A DNA stretch of 64,000 nt from a bacterium (GTDB lineage: Bacteria > Patescibacteriota > Saccharimonadia > Saccharimonadales > SZUA-47): assembly GCA_030427365.1 (NCBI GenBank), contig JAUHWW010000001.1, forward strand, positions 31,963 through 95,962. The letters are read 5' to 3'. Below are positions 27,802-37,525 of this stretch, piece after piece; positions within the stretch are counted from its first letter, which is position 1, and each line of letters opens with the position of its first letter. Made by a program: the position numbers and the translations under genes. The notes beneath the pieces are model-generated. The model did not search any database. It saw only the letters and a list, made by a program, of their open reading frames with translations, and was not told where the DNA came from.

Positions 27802-29787
27802 CTAATTTCCGTCTATTGACCAGTGCCATGCTTCATACCCCTCAGAATCACGATCTTGCCCCCGACCAAACTCATACAAACCGTAACTTGATGCATTAGA
27901 AACAAGCCAGTTAAAACACTCATTGTCTAGGGCCTCACTATAAGCTCTCGGTAACAACACTTCATTACACTCAATATCTAAGGCTAAGCCCAGCTGATGA
28001 TTTGAATACCCAGGAGGGGCACCTCCAGGACAGCTTTGATAATCCTCAAGCGGTTTAGGATACGGTCCCGGGGTTGGCGTGTAACCTCCTGAGCTACAGT
28101 GAGATTCATAGATTGCTACTTGCCCGTCCATCGTTCTAAAGCCACCACCCCCTCCACCGGTAAAGGTTATGTTCGCCCCAGCAGCTCTCGCGTCGTCGAT
28201 TAACGATTTTACCGCAGCTGAAATCTGCGAATTAACAACTGCGCCCTCATATTCACAGGTGCGGATACGGTACTCTTCACCGTTTCTGAAGCCGAGAGCA
28301 TTCTCGTCGACAGTTCTTGTGCCTGTAGCACAAAGAATCGCAGTTGTATCTCTTGACTCGGTGTCGACCGTAGTGCCTGCTGCACAGCTCGCTCCCGTGT
28401 AGCTGCCTCCAGTTCCAGTATATTCGTTAAATATTCGATTTGCTCTCTCTCGACGATTATTAATCTCATTTTGTCGGCTGGCCCCTCCATCAATAACAGA
28501 TCTTGGCCTTTCGAATTCAAGAAGAAAGCTGTCAGAAGCCTCATTTATGGTAACGGATGGGTTCTCCATAACCGCAAGAACGCCAGTGAACAGTTCACTC
28601 AATTCCTTGAACAAAAAGTCTAGCTGTAGATCCATGCTTCCTGTTGAGCGTCCCGTTTCTGTGGCGTAAGCAATAAGCGCGTCCTGTCTTGTCTCAAAAG
28701 TCCACTGAGCAAGCCCATAACCATAACTGCCTCGAAATATCGGACCCTTGCTTCCTGTAGCTGCTGTAAAGTCAATTGGTATCTCAGGACTTCTGTTGTC
28801 TGGATAACCAGCCGAAAATTCAACCACTTGCGGATCCATTGTGCCAGCAGATTCGACTTCCAAGTTACCCATGATTCCTGCAGCCGCTTGTTCTGATAAT
28901 CCGATGCCAGCAGCCTCGTCTGTTAGGTAATTCCAGGCATTTTGATACCGCTCTTCTTTTGTTGTAGCGCTTTCCACGATAGGACTATTGACGTTACAGC
29001 TACAGCCGGCAAGGCCCGCCGGACCCGAAAACTCCTCTTCTGGGTCTGTAAGTTGTGTAATTATGTATCGTGTCATCGCTGGGTAATTTTCGGGGTGCAG
29101 ACCATCACCCGATAGATTAGATGCAGCGACACTACTGGAGCCCCACGGAATAATAGATACGTTAGTTTGGCTGCTCGCGACATTTTCAATGCCCTGGTTG
29201 ATAACAGGCCCCGCTATGGTCAAGTTGTTGCCCGCACTCGAACCACGAATGTATGTTGTTATCCATCGAATTTCAATAGCTGGGTTTATAGTGGTTGCAG
29301 CCGTAACGAGTGATGAAGCTAGTTCGGTAATTAGCTCCTCGCCTCCTTCGACCACTTCAGATCCATTGACGACATCAGCAACATTATTTGTTCCCAGACC
29401 AACAACAAGCACGTCACTATTAGACACCTCGGTCTGACGCGCGTTTATTTGCTCAACTCCCCAACTAATACTTCGTCCAATTTCTGCAACAACTCCACTA
29501 ACTTGCCAGCCAGCTTCTTCAACGGCTCCGCTAAGGTCGCCCAGATCTCTCATGCCGACTGTTAGCGAATCCCCCAGAAAGAATAGTTGAGAGCCTGCGG
29601 CGATTTCATCGACGGTAGTTGCTAGGGTTGGAGCAGTGCAGTATATGGTTTCTTCAATATCAAAATACGATGATCCGCTGTCAATAACCCTGCGCTGCTC
29701 AGGATCAAGTGCGTGTACCGAAGGTACGGTAATGGTAAGAACAAAAAACAGTGAAAGAGCGAGGCAAGAAATAATGCGCAATCTCAT
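27802..29787 (-). CDS. secreted tri-domain cell-wall hydrolase: SGNH/GDSL esterase + lysozyme-like (GN..ES...GLAQW) + M15/VanY-type D-Ala-D-Ala peptidase
   Basis: Signal peptide; FFLGDSLTVG, VVGLGTNNV, GDGLHPE (SGNH blocks I/III/V); GIMGNLEVESAG...GYGLAQWT; C-terminal SNHQLGLALDIEC (SxHxxGxAxD zinc-peptidase motif). Confidence 0.6.
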   Translation of the reverse strand: MRLRIISCLALSLFFVLTITVPSVHALDPEQRRVIDSGSSYFDIEETIYCTAPTLATTVDEIAAGSQLFFLGDSLTVGMRDLGDLSGAVEEAGWQVSGVVAEIGRSISWGVEQINARQTEVSNSDVLVVGLGTNNVADVVNGSEVVEGGEELITELASSLVTAATTINPAIEIRWITTYIRGSSAGNNLTIAGPVINQGIENVASSQTNVSIIPWGSSSVAASNLSGDGLHPENYPAMTRYIITQLTDPEEEFSGPAGLAGCSCNVNSPIVESATTKEERYQNAWNYLTDEAAGIGLSEQAAAGIMGNLEVESAGTMDPQVVEFSAGYPDNRSPEIPIDFTAATGSKGPIFRGSYGYGLAQWTFETRQDALIAYATETGRSTGSMDLQLDFLFKELSELFTGVLAVMENPSVTINEASDSFLLEFERPRSVIDGGASRQNEINNRRERANRIFNEYTGTGGSYTGASCAAGTTVDTESRDTTAILCATGTRTVDENALGFRNGEEYRIRTCEYEGAVVNSQISAAVKSLIDDARAAGANITFTGGGGGGFRTMDGQVAIYESHCSSGGYTPTPGPYPKPLEDYQSCPGGAPPGYSNHQLGLALDIECNEVLLPRAYSEALDNECFNWLVSNASSYGLYEFGRGQDRDSEGYEAWHWSIDGN

Positions 29788-30351
29788 CTACTGACTGCCT
29801 TCTGTGATGTAGTTAATAACGGATCGTGGGTAATTTAACTCCGACAGATACTCTTCGTCATAACCAGTTCCCGACTCGCGCAGCTTCCATCCCTGTGAGA
29901 TGGTATATTCGTGAATAGTAAGATAGCCTTCAACCGTTCCGTCACTGCCAATATAGCTAACAAGCCAACCATCATCTTCCAATAGCTCAGCATCTAGTAT
30001 GGTAAAGCGGTTATCTTCTAGGTTGATAAGCACGCTGCTCAGCTCAATCGCTGAAAGCTGTCTTGAGTCCAAGACAACGCTTTTCGAGGAAAAGGGCTGT
30101 AATGATACTGTTTCAGAAACAGGACTCGTTCGCTTCCCACTAGCCCCTATAGAGTATGTACCGGGTCTTAAGCGAAAAGTAGGGTCTGAATTTATTTCTA
30201 TTGTCGGGTAGGTTTTCTCCCCGATTGTTATAGTTTCAAAATCGCTACTATTCTCCAAGGATACAGTTCCAAACCAAAATAATTGATAGAATAAAGTTGC
30301 TATTCCTGCTGTCAACAGGACTGAAATAATCACAAGGACTCTTCTGTTCAT
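29788..30351 (-). CDS. bitopic membrane hypothetical protein (T4SS-like block)
   Basis: N-terminal TM VLVIISVLLTAGIATLFYQLFWF; translationally coupled at both ends. Confidence 0.35.
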   Translation of the reverse strand: MNRRVLVIISVLLTAGIATLFYQLFWFGTVSLENSSDFETITIGEKTYPTIEINSDPTFRLRPGTYSIGASGKRTSPVSETVSLQPFSSKSVVLDSRQLSAIELSSVLINLEDNRFTILDAELLEDDGWLVSYIGSDGTVEGYLTIHEYTISQGWKLRESGTGYDEEYLSELNYPRSVINYITEGSQ

Positions 30352-33300
30352 GGTGACGACCCCGGACCGATATATCGCACTGCATAGGGGTAGTAGCTTG
30401 CATCCCTCGTGTAATAGCCAGTACGTCTTTCTCCCTCGTCGTTTCTGCTGGCTGATGATTCCATCGTTAAGAATTCACCGCTCGGTAGACGCTCGGCCAG
30501 AATCCCTATGTGGCCGTTGTTTCCACATGTGCGGCTTTTTATCAAGAAGTCTCCTGTCCTTGCTTCCCCAGGACTTATTTGTGTAAAATAATCTGTTCTG
30601 TCGAGATATCCTGCTGAGCAGGTTGGTCCTATTTCCACACCGAATGCTTCGTAGATGGCAACGTTTGTAAAGCCACTGCACTCCATGAAGTCGTTGGAGC
30701 CATTCACTACGCGTTCCTCTATCCACTCTCGTGGTCTTTGCCCCAGGCTCCCTTCAATTGTACTAACCCCCCATTCTTCCAGCCACCGGCTGCCTGTACC
30801 AACGTTGTAGTTAGCGTATCTCACTCCGAAATAGTTTTGCGCAGCACAGGTAATTCGTTCGTTGCCTGTAATATTTGAACACTCACCTGTGCTCGTGTTT
30901 TCCTCTGCGACTACTGATCCTATTGGCTCATTGTTAAAGCCTAGGAGTGCACACGACTCCTCAGAGCTAACTACAGTCGCCTCATCTCCAGCGTTATCGG
31001 GTAGGTAGCAGTTGAGACTGTGGCTTGTAAGAGTGTCATTTATGTAGAAGCGGTAGTCTAGGTAATCTGCATTGTCCCTAAAGCCATCACATTCCTCTGG
31101 TTGATTGAACGGCGAGCTTGCCATCTGGTCACTTTGCACGATTGGATCGAGAGTGTCTACGTCAATTCGTGTCGGAAAACATTGGCCATATCTGCTTTCG
31201 AGATCGGCGATATTTGCCTCAACTCTGCTTGCCACCGCGTAAGGATCCTGCACCTGTTCAGCGTCTTGTTCGCTAGCCGAAAAGCCTATTTCGCTGAAGC
31301 CATAATCAAACGGCTCTGAAGCCTCCGCTGCACCTGCCTTAGCGCTAGAGAACAGGCTAAATGGATTCGATATCGCAGCAAACATATTTGAGTGCAGAGA
31401 ACTGACAGACGATATTACTGACGTAGGCACAGAGCGCAAAGTTATCGCAGCTAGTGAGTCTGTCGAATCAAGATCAAATACGCGTGCAAAGAACGATTGC
31501 TTACTCCTCAAATCCTCTTTTAATTGTTGATTTCTGGCATCAAGTATTCCCACTTCTTGATTAGTCAACTCTTCTCCCCCCATGCCGAAGCCGAGCATTC
31601 CAGCAGCCAGTCGTGCCCCGTAGTTGGCAACGTTTCCGAGTGCTGGCCCTACCACATCAGTAACTACTCCATCGCCTGCCAGCCATGAGGCGACGCTGAG
31701 AGCAATATCTTGGGGTGTTGGCAGGCCAAGCCCAGTAAGCACTCCGCTTAGTGCAGCATCAGACAACTGCCCGACCTGAGCTATGACTGGGAGCCCGGAA
31801 ATCCAGCTGCTCACACCGCAGGCAGTGCCGAGACCTGGTATGTTGTCTATTGCTACAAAAAGCTTTGGTTTACCTTTAATACTATCTGGCTTCACTGATG
31901 GATCAATATCTGGCCCAGTAATCGGTTTGCCCATTTCATGCTGGATACTCGCCGCCGCATATACACTTCCTGTTTCGGGGTCATTCAGTTCTTTTACAAA
32001 AAAACCGATTTCATCTAGAGATAAGTCAGAGGTTGGCGAGGAGAAAGCGAGTATCTGTGCTCCTTTTGACATCCAACGGAAACCGGTCCGAAGCATTGGA
32101 AGGATCGTGTTTTGAAATTGAATTTCCTCAGCCTGGTTGCCGACGTCACGAACAGCGCATAGCACCCCAACGACGGCGGCAGGACCCGAGGCTTTGCTAA
32201 TAATGCTTCTACCAATACCCCTCAACCTGCTTAGGCGGCTTCCCTCACCTTCTAGTGCAGCTGCTGCCTCTCGTGACGCTTCATTTCCAAAGTCTGCAGC
32301 ATCAATGTTTTCTGGAGGAGTATCAGGAACTCCATCTCCATTTAAGTCTTGATCGGCTTCCCCGGTCAGCGTACGCGCCCTTACGTCACTCACACCATTT
32401 CTTATGTCTGCGTTTCTGGTCGTCCGCACTCGATTATAGTATGAGAGTAGCGTCTCCCCAGGGCGCCGCACAGTTTTAAACGGATGAAAATCGACACCTC
32501 CGAGCCGCTTTAGAATACGTGATGCCACTATTTGCGACCTTTTTTTGAGTCCGCTGTTCTCTAGTATTTGATCGACGCCAAGACGGCGATTGCGGTCAGA
32601 GCCTCCGATGACAACAATACGTTTTTCGGTAGGACTTCCGTCAATTCTTGTGACTGAACTTGGGGGGTCTCCTGATGAGTCGATATTTTTGAGAAAGTCT
32701 CTAGCCTTATTCTCATCTAAAACTTCTAGTCCGACGAACCTTCCCCTGTCGCCTGGATCAAATACTGGTCTCACGCCTACCTGGTCTATGAGCTTTGTTT
32801 CATAGCTGTTGGCAACACGATTGCCGACCGCGCCCAAACGAGTCTGTTGGATATTTCCACTTTTTGCGTAACGATAGAGAATTCTTGAACTTCTATCGTC
32901 GCCGAAGGCCTGGATGTTCGTAAAGTGAAATTGCTCAAGTAATTGAGCAAACTGGACAATCTGAAATGGTCCAGAAACAGTGAGAAAAACAAGAAATGAC
33001 GCGACAACTCCACCACCAATGCCGCCACCTATTAACACTCTTCGACGCGTAATGCGCTTTCGAAGTCGCTTAAACCCACTCTCTTCTTCTACTTCACCAG
33101 AATTATTGTAAAGACTATCGACTTCTTTTTTATCGACACCACTAGTGTCCTGTCCATCCGATTCAGTTGGTTGGTTTTCCTTTTTCGCCGTGTCATTGGC
33201 TTGCTCAGTAGGATCGGTATTGGCGCGTTCTTTTGCTTCATCGGCGTTTGACGCGTCTTTCGCGTCTTCATCAAGCGTTGGGTCGCCGTTCTCATCAATA

Positions 33301-33632
33301 TTTCCTTCTGCGAGCCGGTCGCTGGCCTCTGGCGGCGCAAAGGCTTGATTAGTGCCTCGGCTCTCAGGAAGTGCTGGCCCGTAATCATCGATGCCAACAC
33401 CACCTTCAAGGTTTTGACTAGGGGCATCATTCTTGTTTATGGACGCTCGGTCAACATCTGGTTTTTGAGATGTCTTCGTTCGCTGTCCACCACCCTTAAA
33501 CGTTGGGCTGGTTGCATAAGGATTTTTACCGCCAACCGTATGGCGACCTTTGCTGCTAATGCGTCGCCGGCCAGTTACTTTGACCTTTGCTTTTCGTCTG
33601 TTATCTCCTGGTGCGGGAGCGGTGGTTGCCAT
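30348..33632 (-). CDS. large bitopic membrane protein with basic N-terminal cytoplasmic tail and C-terminal CHAP/NlpC-P60-like peptidoglycan amidase/peptidase domain (VirB1/PrgK-like role)
   Basis: 1094 aa; Lys/Arg-rich N-terminus, single TM LIGGGIGGGVVASFLVFLTV, C-terminal ECSGFTNVAIYEAFG ... NNGHIGILAE (Cys/His pair). Confidence 0.6.
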   Translation of the reverse strand: MATTAPAPGDNRRKAKVKVTGRRRISSKGRHTVGGKNPYATSPTFKGGGQRTKTSQKPDVDRASINKNDAPSQNLEGGVGIDDYGPALPESRGTNQAFAPPEASDRLAEGNIDENGDPTLDEDAKDASNADEAKERANTDPTEQANDTAKKENQPTESDGQDTSGVDKKEVDSLYNNSGEVEEESGFKRLRKRITRRRVLIGGGIGGGVVASFLVFLTVSGPFQIVQFAQLLEQFHFTNIQAFGDDRSSRILYRYAKSGNIQQTRLGAVGNRVANSYETKLIDQVGVRPVFDPGDRGRFVGLEVLDENKARDFLKNIDSSGDPPSSVTRIDGSPTEKRIVVIGGSDRNRRLGVDQILENSGLKKRSQIVASRILKRLGGVDFHPFKTVRRPGETLLSYYNRVRTTRNADIRNGVSDVRARTLTGEADQDLNGDGVPDTPPENIDAADFGNEASREAAAALEGEGSRLSRLRGIGRSIISKASGPAAVVGVLCAVRDVGNQAEEIQFQNTILPMLRTGFRWMSKGAQILAFSSPTSDLSLDEIGFFVKELNDPETGSVYAAASIQHEMGKPITGPDIDPSVKPDSIKGKPKLFVAIDNIPGLGTACGVSSWISGLPVIAQVGQLSDAALSGVLTGLGLPTPQDIALSVASWLAGDGVVTDVVGPALGNVANYGARLAAGMLGFGMGGEELTNQEVGILDARNQQLKEDLRSKQSFFARVFDLDSTDSLAAITLRSVPTSVISSVSSLHSNMFAAISNPFSLFSSAKAGAAEASEPFDYGFSEIGFSASEQDAEQVQDPYAVASRVEANIADLESRYGQCFPTRIDVDTLDPIVQSDQMASSPFNQPEECDGFRDNADYLDYRFYINDTLTSHSLNCYLPDNAGDEATVVSSEESCALLGFNNEPIGSVVAEENTSTGECSNITGNERITCAAQNYFGVRYANYNVGTGSRWLEEWGVSTIEGSLGQRPREWIEERVVNGSNDFMECSGFTNVAIYEAFGVEIGPTCSAGYLDRTDYFTQISPGEARTGDFLIKSRTCGNNGHIGILAERLPSGEFLTMESSASRNDEGERRTGYYTRDASYYPYAVRYIGPGSSP

Positions 33633-33675
33633 CGTGTTTGCGCCCTTTGATGGTTAGTGTTTGTTTGGTCTAAAA

Positions 33676-35592
33676 CTACCGTAAATTAACTGATTCATTA
33701 TACCCCGTTTGGTCAAGGTTGACCTGTTGCTGTTGCCGCTGTTCTTCTATCTGCCTGACCTCATCAGGATTAGTAGTGATGAGTGAGGTTTCGGTTGGTG
33801 ATGCGGTAATCTGAATATGAACATGGTTTTCACCGGCAAAGAACAATCCCTGTCCGACTGGAAATTGGCTGAGACGTTTCTTTTCTTCACTGGTGAGCTT
33901 GAAGGTGTTGGCGAGCACGTCGACAGCTGAAGCGGATTGTTTCAGCAATATCTGCATACTAGCGTTGGCGACAATAGCACGCCCCATCTTGCTATCCATG
34001 AAGTCTTCAACGTCTTGCGTCACAGTAGTGATGCCGAGGTTGTACTTTCTGGCTCGCTTCGCCAAAGAGAAGAGGAAGTTTGCGGAATCTTCATATTTCA
34101 TGAGCTGCCATGCCTCATCAACAACCAGCATGCGCTTTTTACGATCAGTCTTTGTCTTGTTCCAAATGTAATTCAGGACAATGTACATTGCGACTGGACG
34201 TAGTTCATCCTCGAGGTCGCGGACATTGAACACTACCATCGGATTATCAATGTTGATGTTGCTTTGCTGAGAGAAAATGCCCGCAAATGTGCCGGTGGTA
34301 TATTTACGCAAGCGCTGCGCGAGCTCTGGGCCAGTTCCACCCATATGTAGCAGCGTGTCGTAGAGGTCATTAATGGTCGGCGCCGGCGTGTTGTGGGTCA
34401 GTGGGTCGTTGGTAATGCCAGCTTTTGCGTAGGTTTCGATCAGCGCAGCATCGAGGTCGGACTCTTCGACTGGGCTGAGCGCTGGCATCATGACTTGCCC
34501 GCCCTGGCTGGCCATTTGCGCCTGCGCACCGCCCATCATCAATCGCAGCAGTCCGTGCAAGGTAATAAGGTTGCTGCGCAGTGCGTCATCGGCTTCGGCG
34601 TCATCGGTGACTTTTGGCAGATCAAACGGATTAATACGCGTTGAGCTGTTAAGACTGAGGCGCACGTAGGCGCCACCGACGGCGTCTGCAAGGCGCTCGT
34701 ACTCGTTCTCAGGATCGATAATAAACACTTCGGTGCCGAACATCATACTGCGCAGCGCTTCGAGCTTGACGGTGAAGCTCTTACCAGCACCAGACTTTGC
34801 AAAGACAACACTGTTGCCATTCTCGAGACTGAAGCGATCAAAGATAACCAGCCCTGAGTTGTGCATGTTAACCCCATAGAGGACGCCGTCGTCTTGAGTG
34901 AGGTCGGCAGAGGTAAATGGGAAGCTGGTTGATATGGCGCCGGTATTCATGTTGCGGCGAACCTGCAACTGGTCGGTGAACTGCGGTAGCGTGGAGTTGA
35001 GCCCCTGCTCTTGCTGAGCACTGGCTGGCTTGCTGTATACGAGCTGCTGGGCTAAGACACTTTCTACTTTGTGGCTGACAAACTCCATTTCTTCAACGTC
35101 ATTTGCATAAACGGTAAAGTAGAAGCCGAATCGGAAGAAGCGCTCTTCTCCCACTTGCAATTTGTCGCGCAATTCCTCGGCGTCGTTGATGGCGGCTTGT
35201 TTTCCTGGATCGCGAGCACGGCCTTTTTCAGCATCAATCTGCAGGCCTGCTTCAAGCTGTCCGACCTTTTTCTTGAGGTTTTCCAGCACTACCTGACTCT
35301 CAACTGGGTAGACGAACAGGGATAAATCAATGACTTCATCGAGATTAATCATGCTTGATAACCAGCCGGTGTAGATTTGCCGCGGATACCCAAAGACGTA
35401 GTAGGTGCGACCAATTCGCGTGCCAATCTTGAACTGACTGCTTTCGAATTCGAGGGACGCCGGCGCGATAAAGTCACGCAGCGCGGTAATACCCTTTTGG
35501 AAGGCTGCCTGCACTTCAGCTTGTTCTTGCGCAGATTGCACTTGCGCCTGCGCGACAGGATCGGGCATCTTTTTACCGCCAAATAAGCCCAT
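33676..35592 (-). CDS. VirB4/TrbE-family type IV secretion ATPase
   Basis: Walker A VFAKSGAGKSFT, Walker B MLVVDEAWQL, 638 aa as in monoderm VirB4 (PrgJ/TcpF/Orf16-like). Confidence 0.8.
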   Translation of the reverse strand: MGLFGGKKMPDPVAQAQVQSAQEQAEVQAAFQKGITALRDFIAPASLEFESSQFKIGTRIGRTYYVFGYPRQIYTGWLSSMINLDEVIDLSLFVYPVESQVVLENLKKKVGQLEAGLQIDAEKGRARDPGKQAAINDAEELRDKLQVGEERFFRFGFYFTVYANDVEEMEFVSHKVESVLAQQLVYSKPASAQQEQGLNSTLPQFTDQLQVRRNMNTGAISTSFPFTSADLTQDDGVLYGVNMHNSGLVIFDRFSLENGNSVVFAKSGAGKSFTVKLEALRSMMFGTEVFIIDPENEYERLADAVGGAYVRLSLNSSTRINPFDLPKVTDDAEADDALRSNLITLHGLLRLMMGGAQAQMASQGGQVMMPALSPVEESDLDAALIETYAKAGITNDPLTHNTPAPTINDLYDTLLHMGGTGPELAQRLRKYTTGTFAGIFSQQSNINIDNPMVVFNVRDLEDELRPVAMYIVLNYIWNKTKTDRKKRMLVVDEAWQLMKYEDSANFLFSLAKRARKYNLGITTVTQDVEDFMDSKMGRAIVANASMQILLKQSASAVDVLANTFKLTSEEKKRLSQFPVGQGLFFAGENHVHIQITASPTETSLITTNPDEVRQIEEQRQQQQVNLDQTGYNESVNLR

Positions 35593-36389
35593 TACTGCAT
35601 CTCCCTCTCTAGGTTCGGGTTGACCGCCTGACCTTGGCCTTTTGTGATGACCGGCGCGGTCAAATCACTAAAGTTTTTGAGCTGCTGACGAGTGGCGGTA
35701 TCGGGGTTGTAAGCGTCGTAGTACAGTTCAATCAACTCTTGTGTATCGAGTGGCAACGACTTCACCTGACACTGCACGAGGCCGTTCATGGTGGCCTGAA
35801 TACGGTTTTTCAGCTCTGTTTTTGCGCGCTCCAGGTCAATTTCGTTGATAACGACCTTCTCTTCTTTCTTGCCGAAAATTGTCTGGAAAAACCCGCGTGA
35901 TGCTTGCACCACTTTCTGAGCATCCATTTTTGGCTCAAACGGGATGACCACGTAAAATTTCTTATCCATGATGTTGGTCTGCTGCGCGATAATTTCCATG
36001 TAATTGATGTAGTCTTCCATAAGGAGCGCAAGCAACATATTGTCATGTTCGGTGCGGATTTTATCGAGCTTTTCGATATATGGGCGGATGTCGATCTTCT
36101 GCGAGCGAACAAATACCTGAATCGGGAAATACAAAGAGTTTAAAAAGCCTTGGTAGGCGAACTCAACCGCCTCACGCTCATTTGGGCTCATAAGATCAAA
36201 GTTGATGCTCTGACACATCAGCACGGCGCGGAATGAGCCGTCGTTCATGATAACGATGCCGTCACGTATTTCGGCAATCTCTAAAGAGTTTTGTGTACTC
36301 GTCGGATTTGTCTGAGGCCCAGGCGGCGGCGGTCCGGCCTGTGGGGCGGTCACCTGGGGCTGAGCTGGTTGTTGCTGATTCGGATTCAC
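35592..36389 (-). CDS. hypothetical protein with Pro/Gln-rich N-terminus (T4SS-like block)
   Basis: TAATG overlap with virB4-like gene; no TM; MNPNQQQPAQPQVTAPQAGPPPPGPQTNP... Confidence 0.4.
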   Translation of the reverse strand: MNPNQQQPAQPQVTAPQAGPPPPGPQTNPTSTQNSLEIAEIRDGIVIMNDGSFRAVLMCQSINFDLMSPNEREAVEFAYQGFLNSLYFPIQVFVRSQKIDIRPYIEKLDKIRTEHDNMLLALLMEDYINYMEIIAQQTNIMDKKFYVVIPFEPKMDAQKVVQASRGFFQTIFGKKEEKVVINEIDLERAKTELKNRIQATMNGLVQCQVKSLPLDTQELIELYYDAYNPDTATRQQLKNFSDLTAPVITKGQGQAVNPNLEREMQ

Positions 36390-36422
36390 GCTATATCTTA
36401 CTTCCCACCCTTATTCAGCGGA

Positions 36423-37487
36423 CTAATGAAGTGGAACAACAACTTCACCGCTATCATCAGGTTCTTGATGACTCATCTCACGTTGGAATGACGAAATCGA
36501 GCGGTCATCGTTTTGACTTGCCATCAGTATAGCAGGATTTACGGGGGTAGCACTAGCGCTTTGCGCTTCGCTTTTGCGCCTAGCCGCCTCGGCCTCTTCT
36601 TCCGCCTTTCTCTTGGCCTCAGCTTCTCTCTCGGCCTGGGTTGGTATGCGCTTTTCATGGCTGCTTAGGCGTATCTTCTTTTGAGCTTCTTGCTCTTTGT
36701 GGAGCTTATCAAGCAGTTTCTTTTCATCAGCAGCTGTGAGCGTGCTCTTCACCTTTGGCGAAGCCTTCATTGAAGCGTGTTGCGGGCTGACTGGTGGCAA
36801 AGAAATGCTGCCCGTTAGTGTGTCTGCACCATTCCTTCTACTACCTTGCTTTGTGGTGTCACTAGTTTTTGCCTGCGCAACAAGATCGAGCGCCTCTTTG
36901 CGGTGCTCATTTTCTGATCTTTGTATCAATTCATCAACTTGAGATGAGCGCTCCTCAAGAATGTCAGGCGTGCGTTTAGCATTAATTTCCTCAGGGCTTT
37001 CCTGCCGAGGCGAAGGTGCTACCAGCCGGTCAGAATCATCTGGACGGGCTGCGTTTTTGACCGCCCACCCTCTTGAATCAACGACATTTGATAGAGCAGC
37101 AAAACGACTTTTAACTTCTTCTTGCGTTAGGCCATCTGTGTAGTAGTGGACTTCACGCTTAGGGACGGTAATTGTCACAAGATCTTTCATGCCCGACTGA
37201 TCCCAGATGCGCTTTCGTTTCATGAACAAGAAGCGGATGCGTGATGCGAGAAAGAGATCGGTCGGCTGATCTTTCGACCAAGGAATGGTAAAAACGAGTG
37301 AGATCAAAAAGAATGGCAGAAATAGGATCACCAGCCACGGAAGCGGACTGGTAAGCACTAAAAATGACAAGTAGCCTGTCACCATCGTCGCCATTGCAAA
37401 GAGGAATTGCTTGAAAGTCAACGGACCGATAAATTTGTCTTCGGCCTCTACGTCTTGTGGAACTTTATACTGCGCCATTGTAAGCAT
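36423..37487 (-). CDS. membrane protein, possible VirB3-like component with long charged coiled-coil tail
   Basis: Two N-terminal TM helices (FLFAMATMVTGYLSFLVL / LPWLVILFLPFFLISLVF) then KRKAEEEAEAARRKSEAQ-type charged region; immediately upstream of VirB4 partner genes. Confidence 0.4.
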   Translation of the reverse strand: MLTMAQYKVPQDVEAEDKFIGPLTFKQFLFAMATMVTGYLSFLVLTSPLPWLVILFLPFFLISLVFTIPWSKDQPTDLFLASRIRFLFMKRKRIWDQSGMKDLVTITVPKREVHYYTDGLTQEEVKSRFAALSNVVDSRGWAVKNAARPDDSDRLVAPSPRQESPEEINAKRTPDILEERSSQVDELIQRSENEHRKEALDLVAQAKTSDTTKQGSRRNGADTLTGSISLPPVSPQHASMKASPKVKSTLTAADEKKLLDKLHKEQEAQKKIRLSSHEKRIPTQAEREAEAKRKAEEEAEAARRKSEAQSASATPVNPAILMASQNDDRSISSFQREMSHQEPDDSGEVVVPLH

Positions 37488-37525
37488 AAGTATAGCTTAC
37501 ATAGGACATTTCGTTAACCGTGCGT

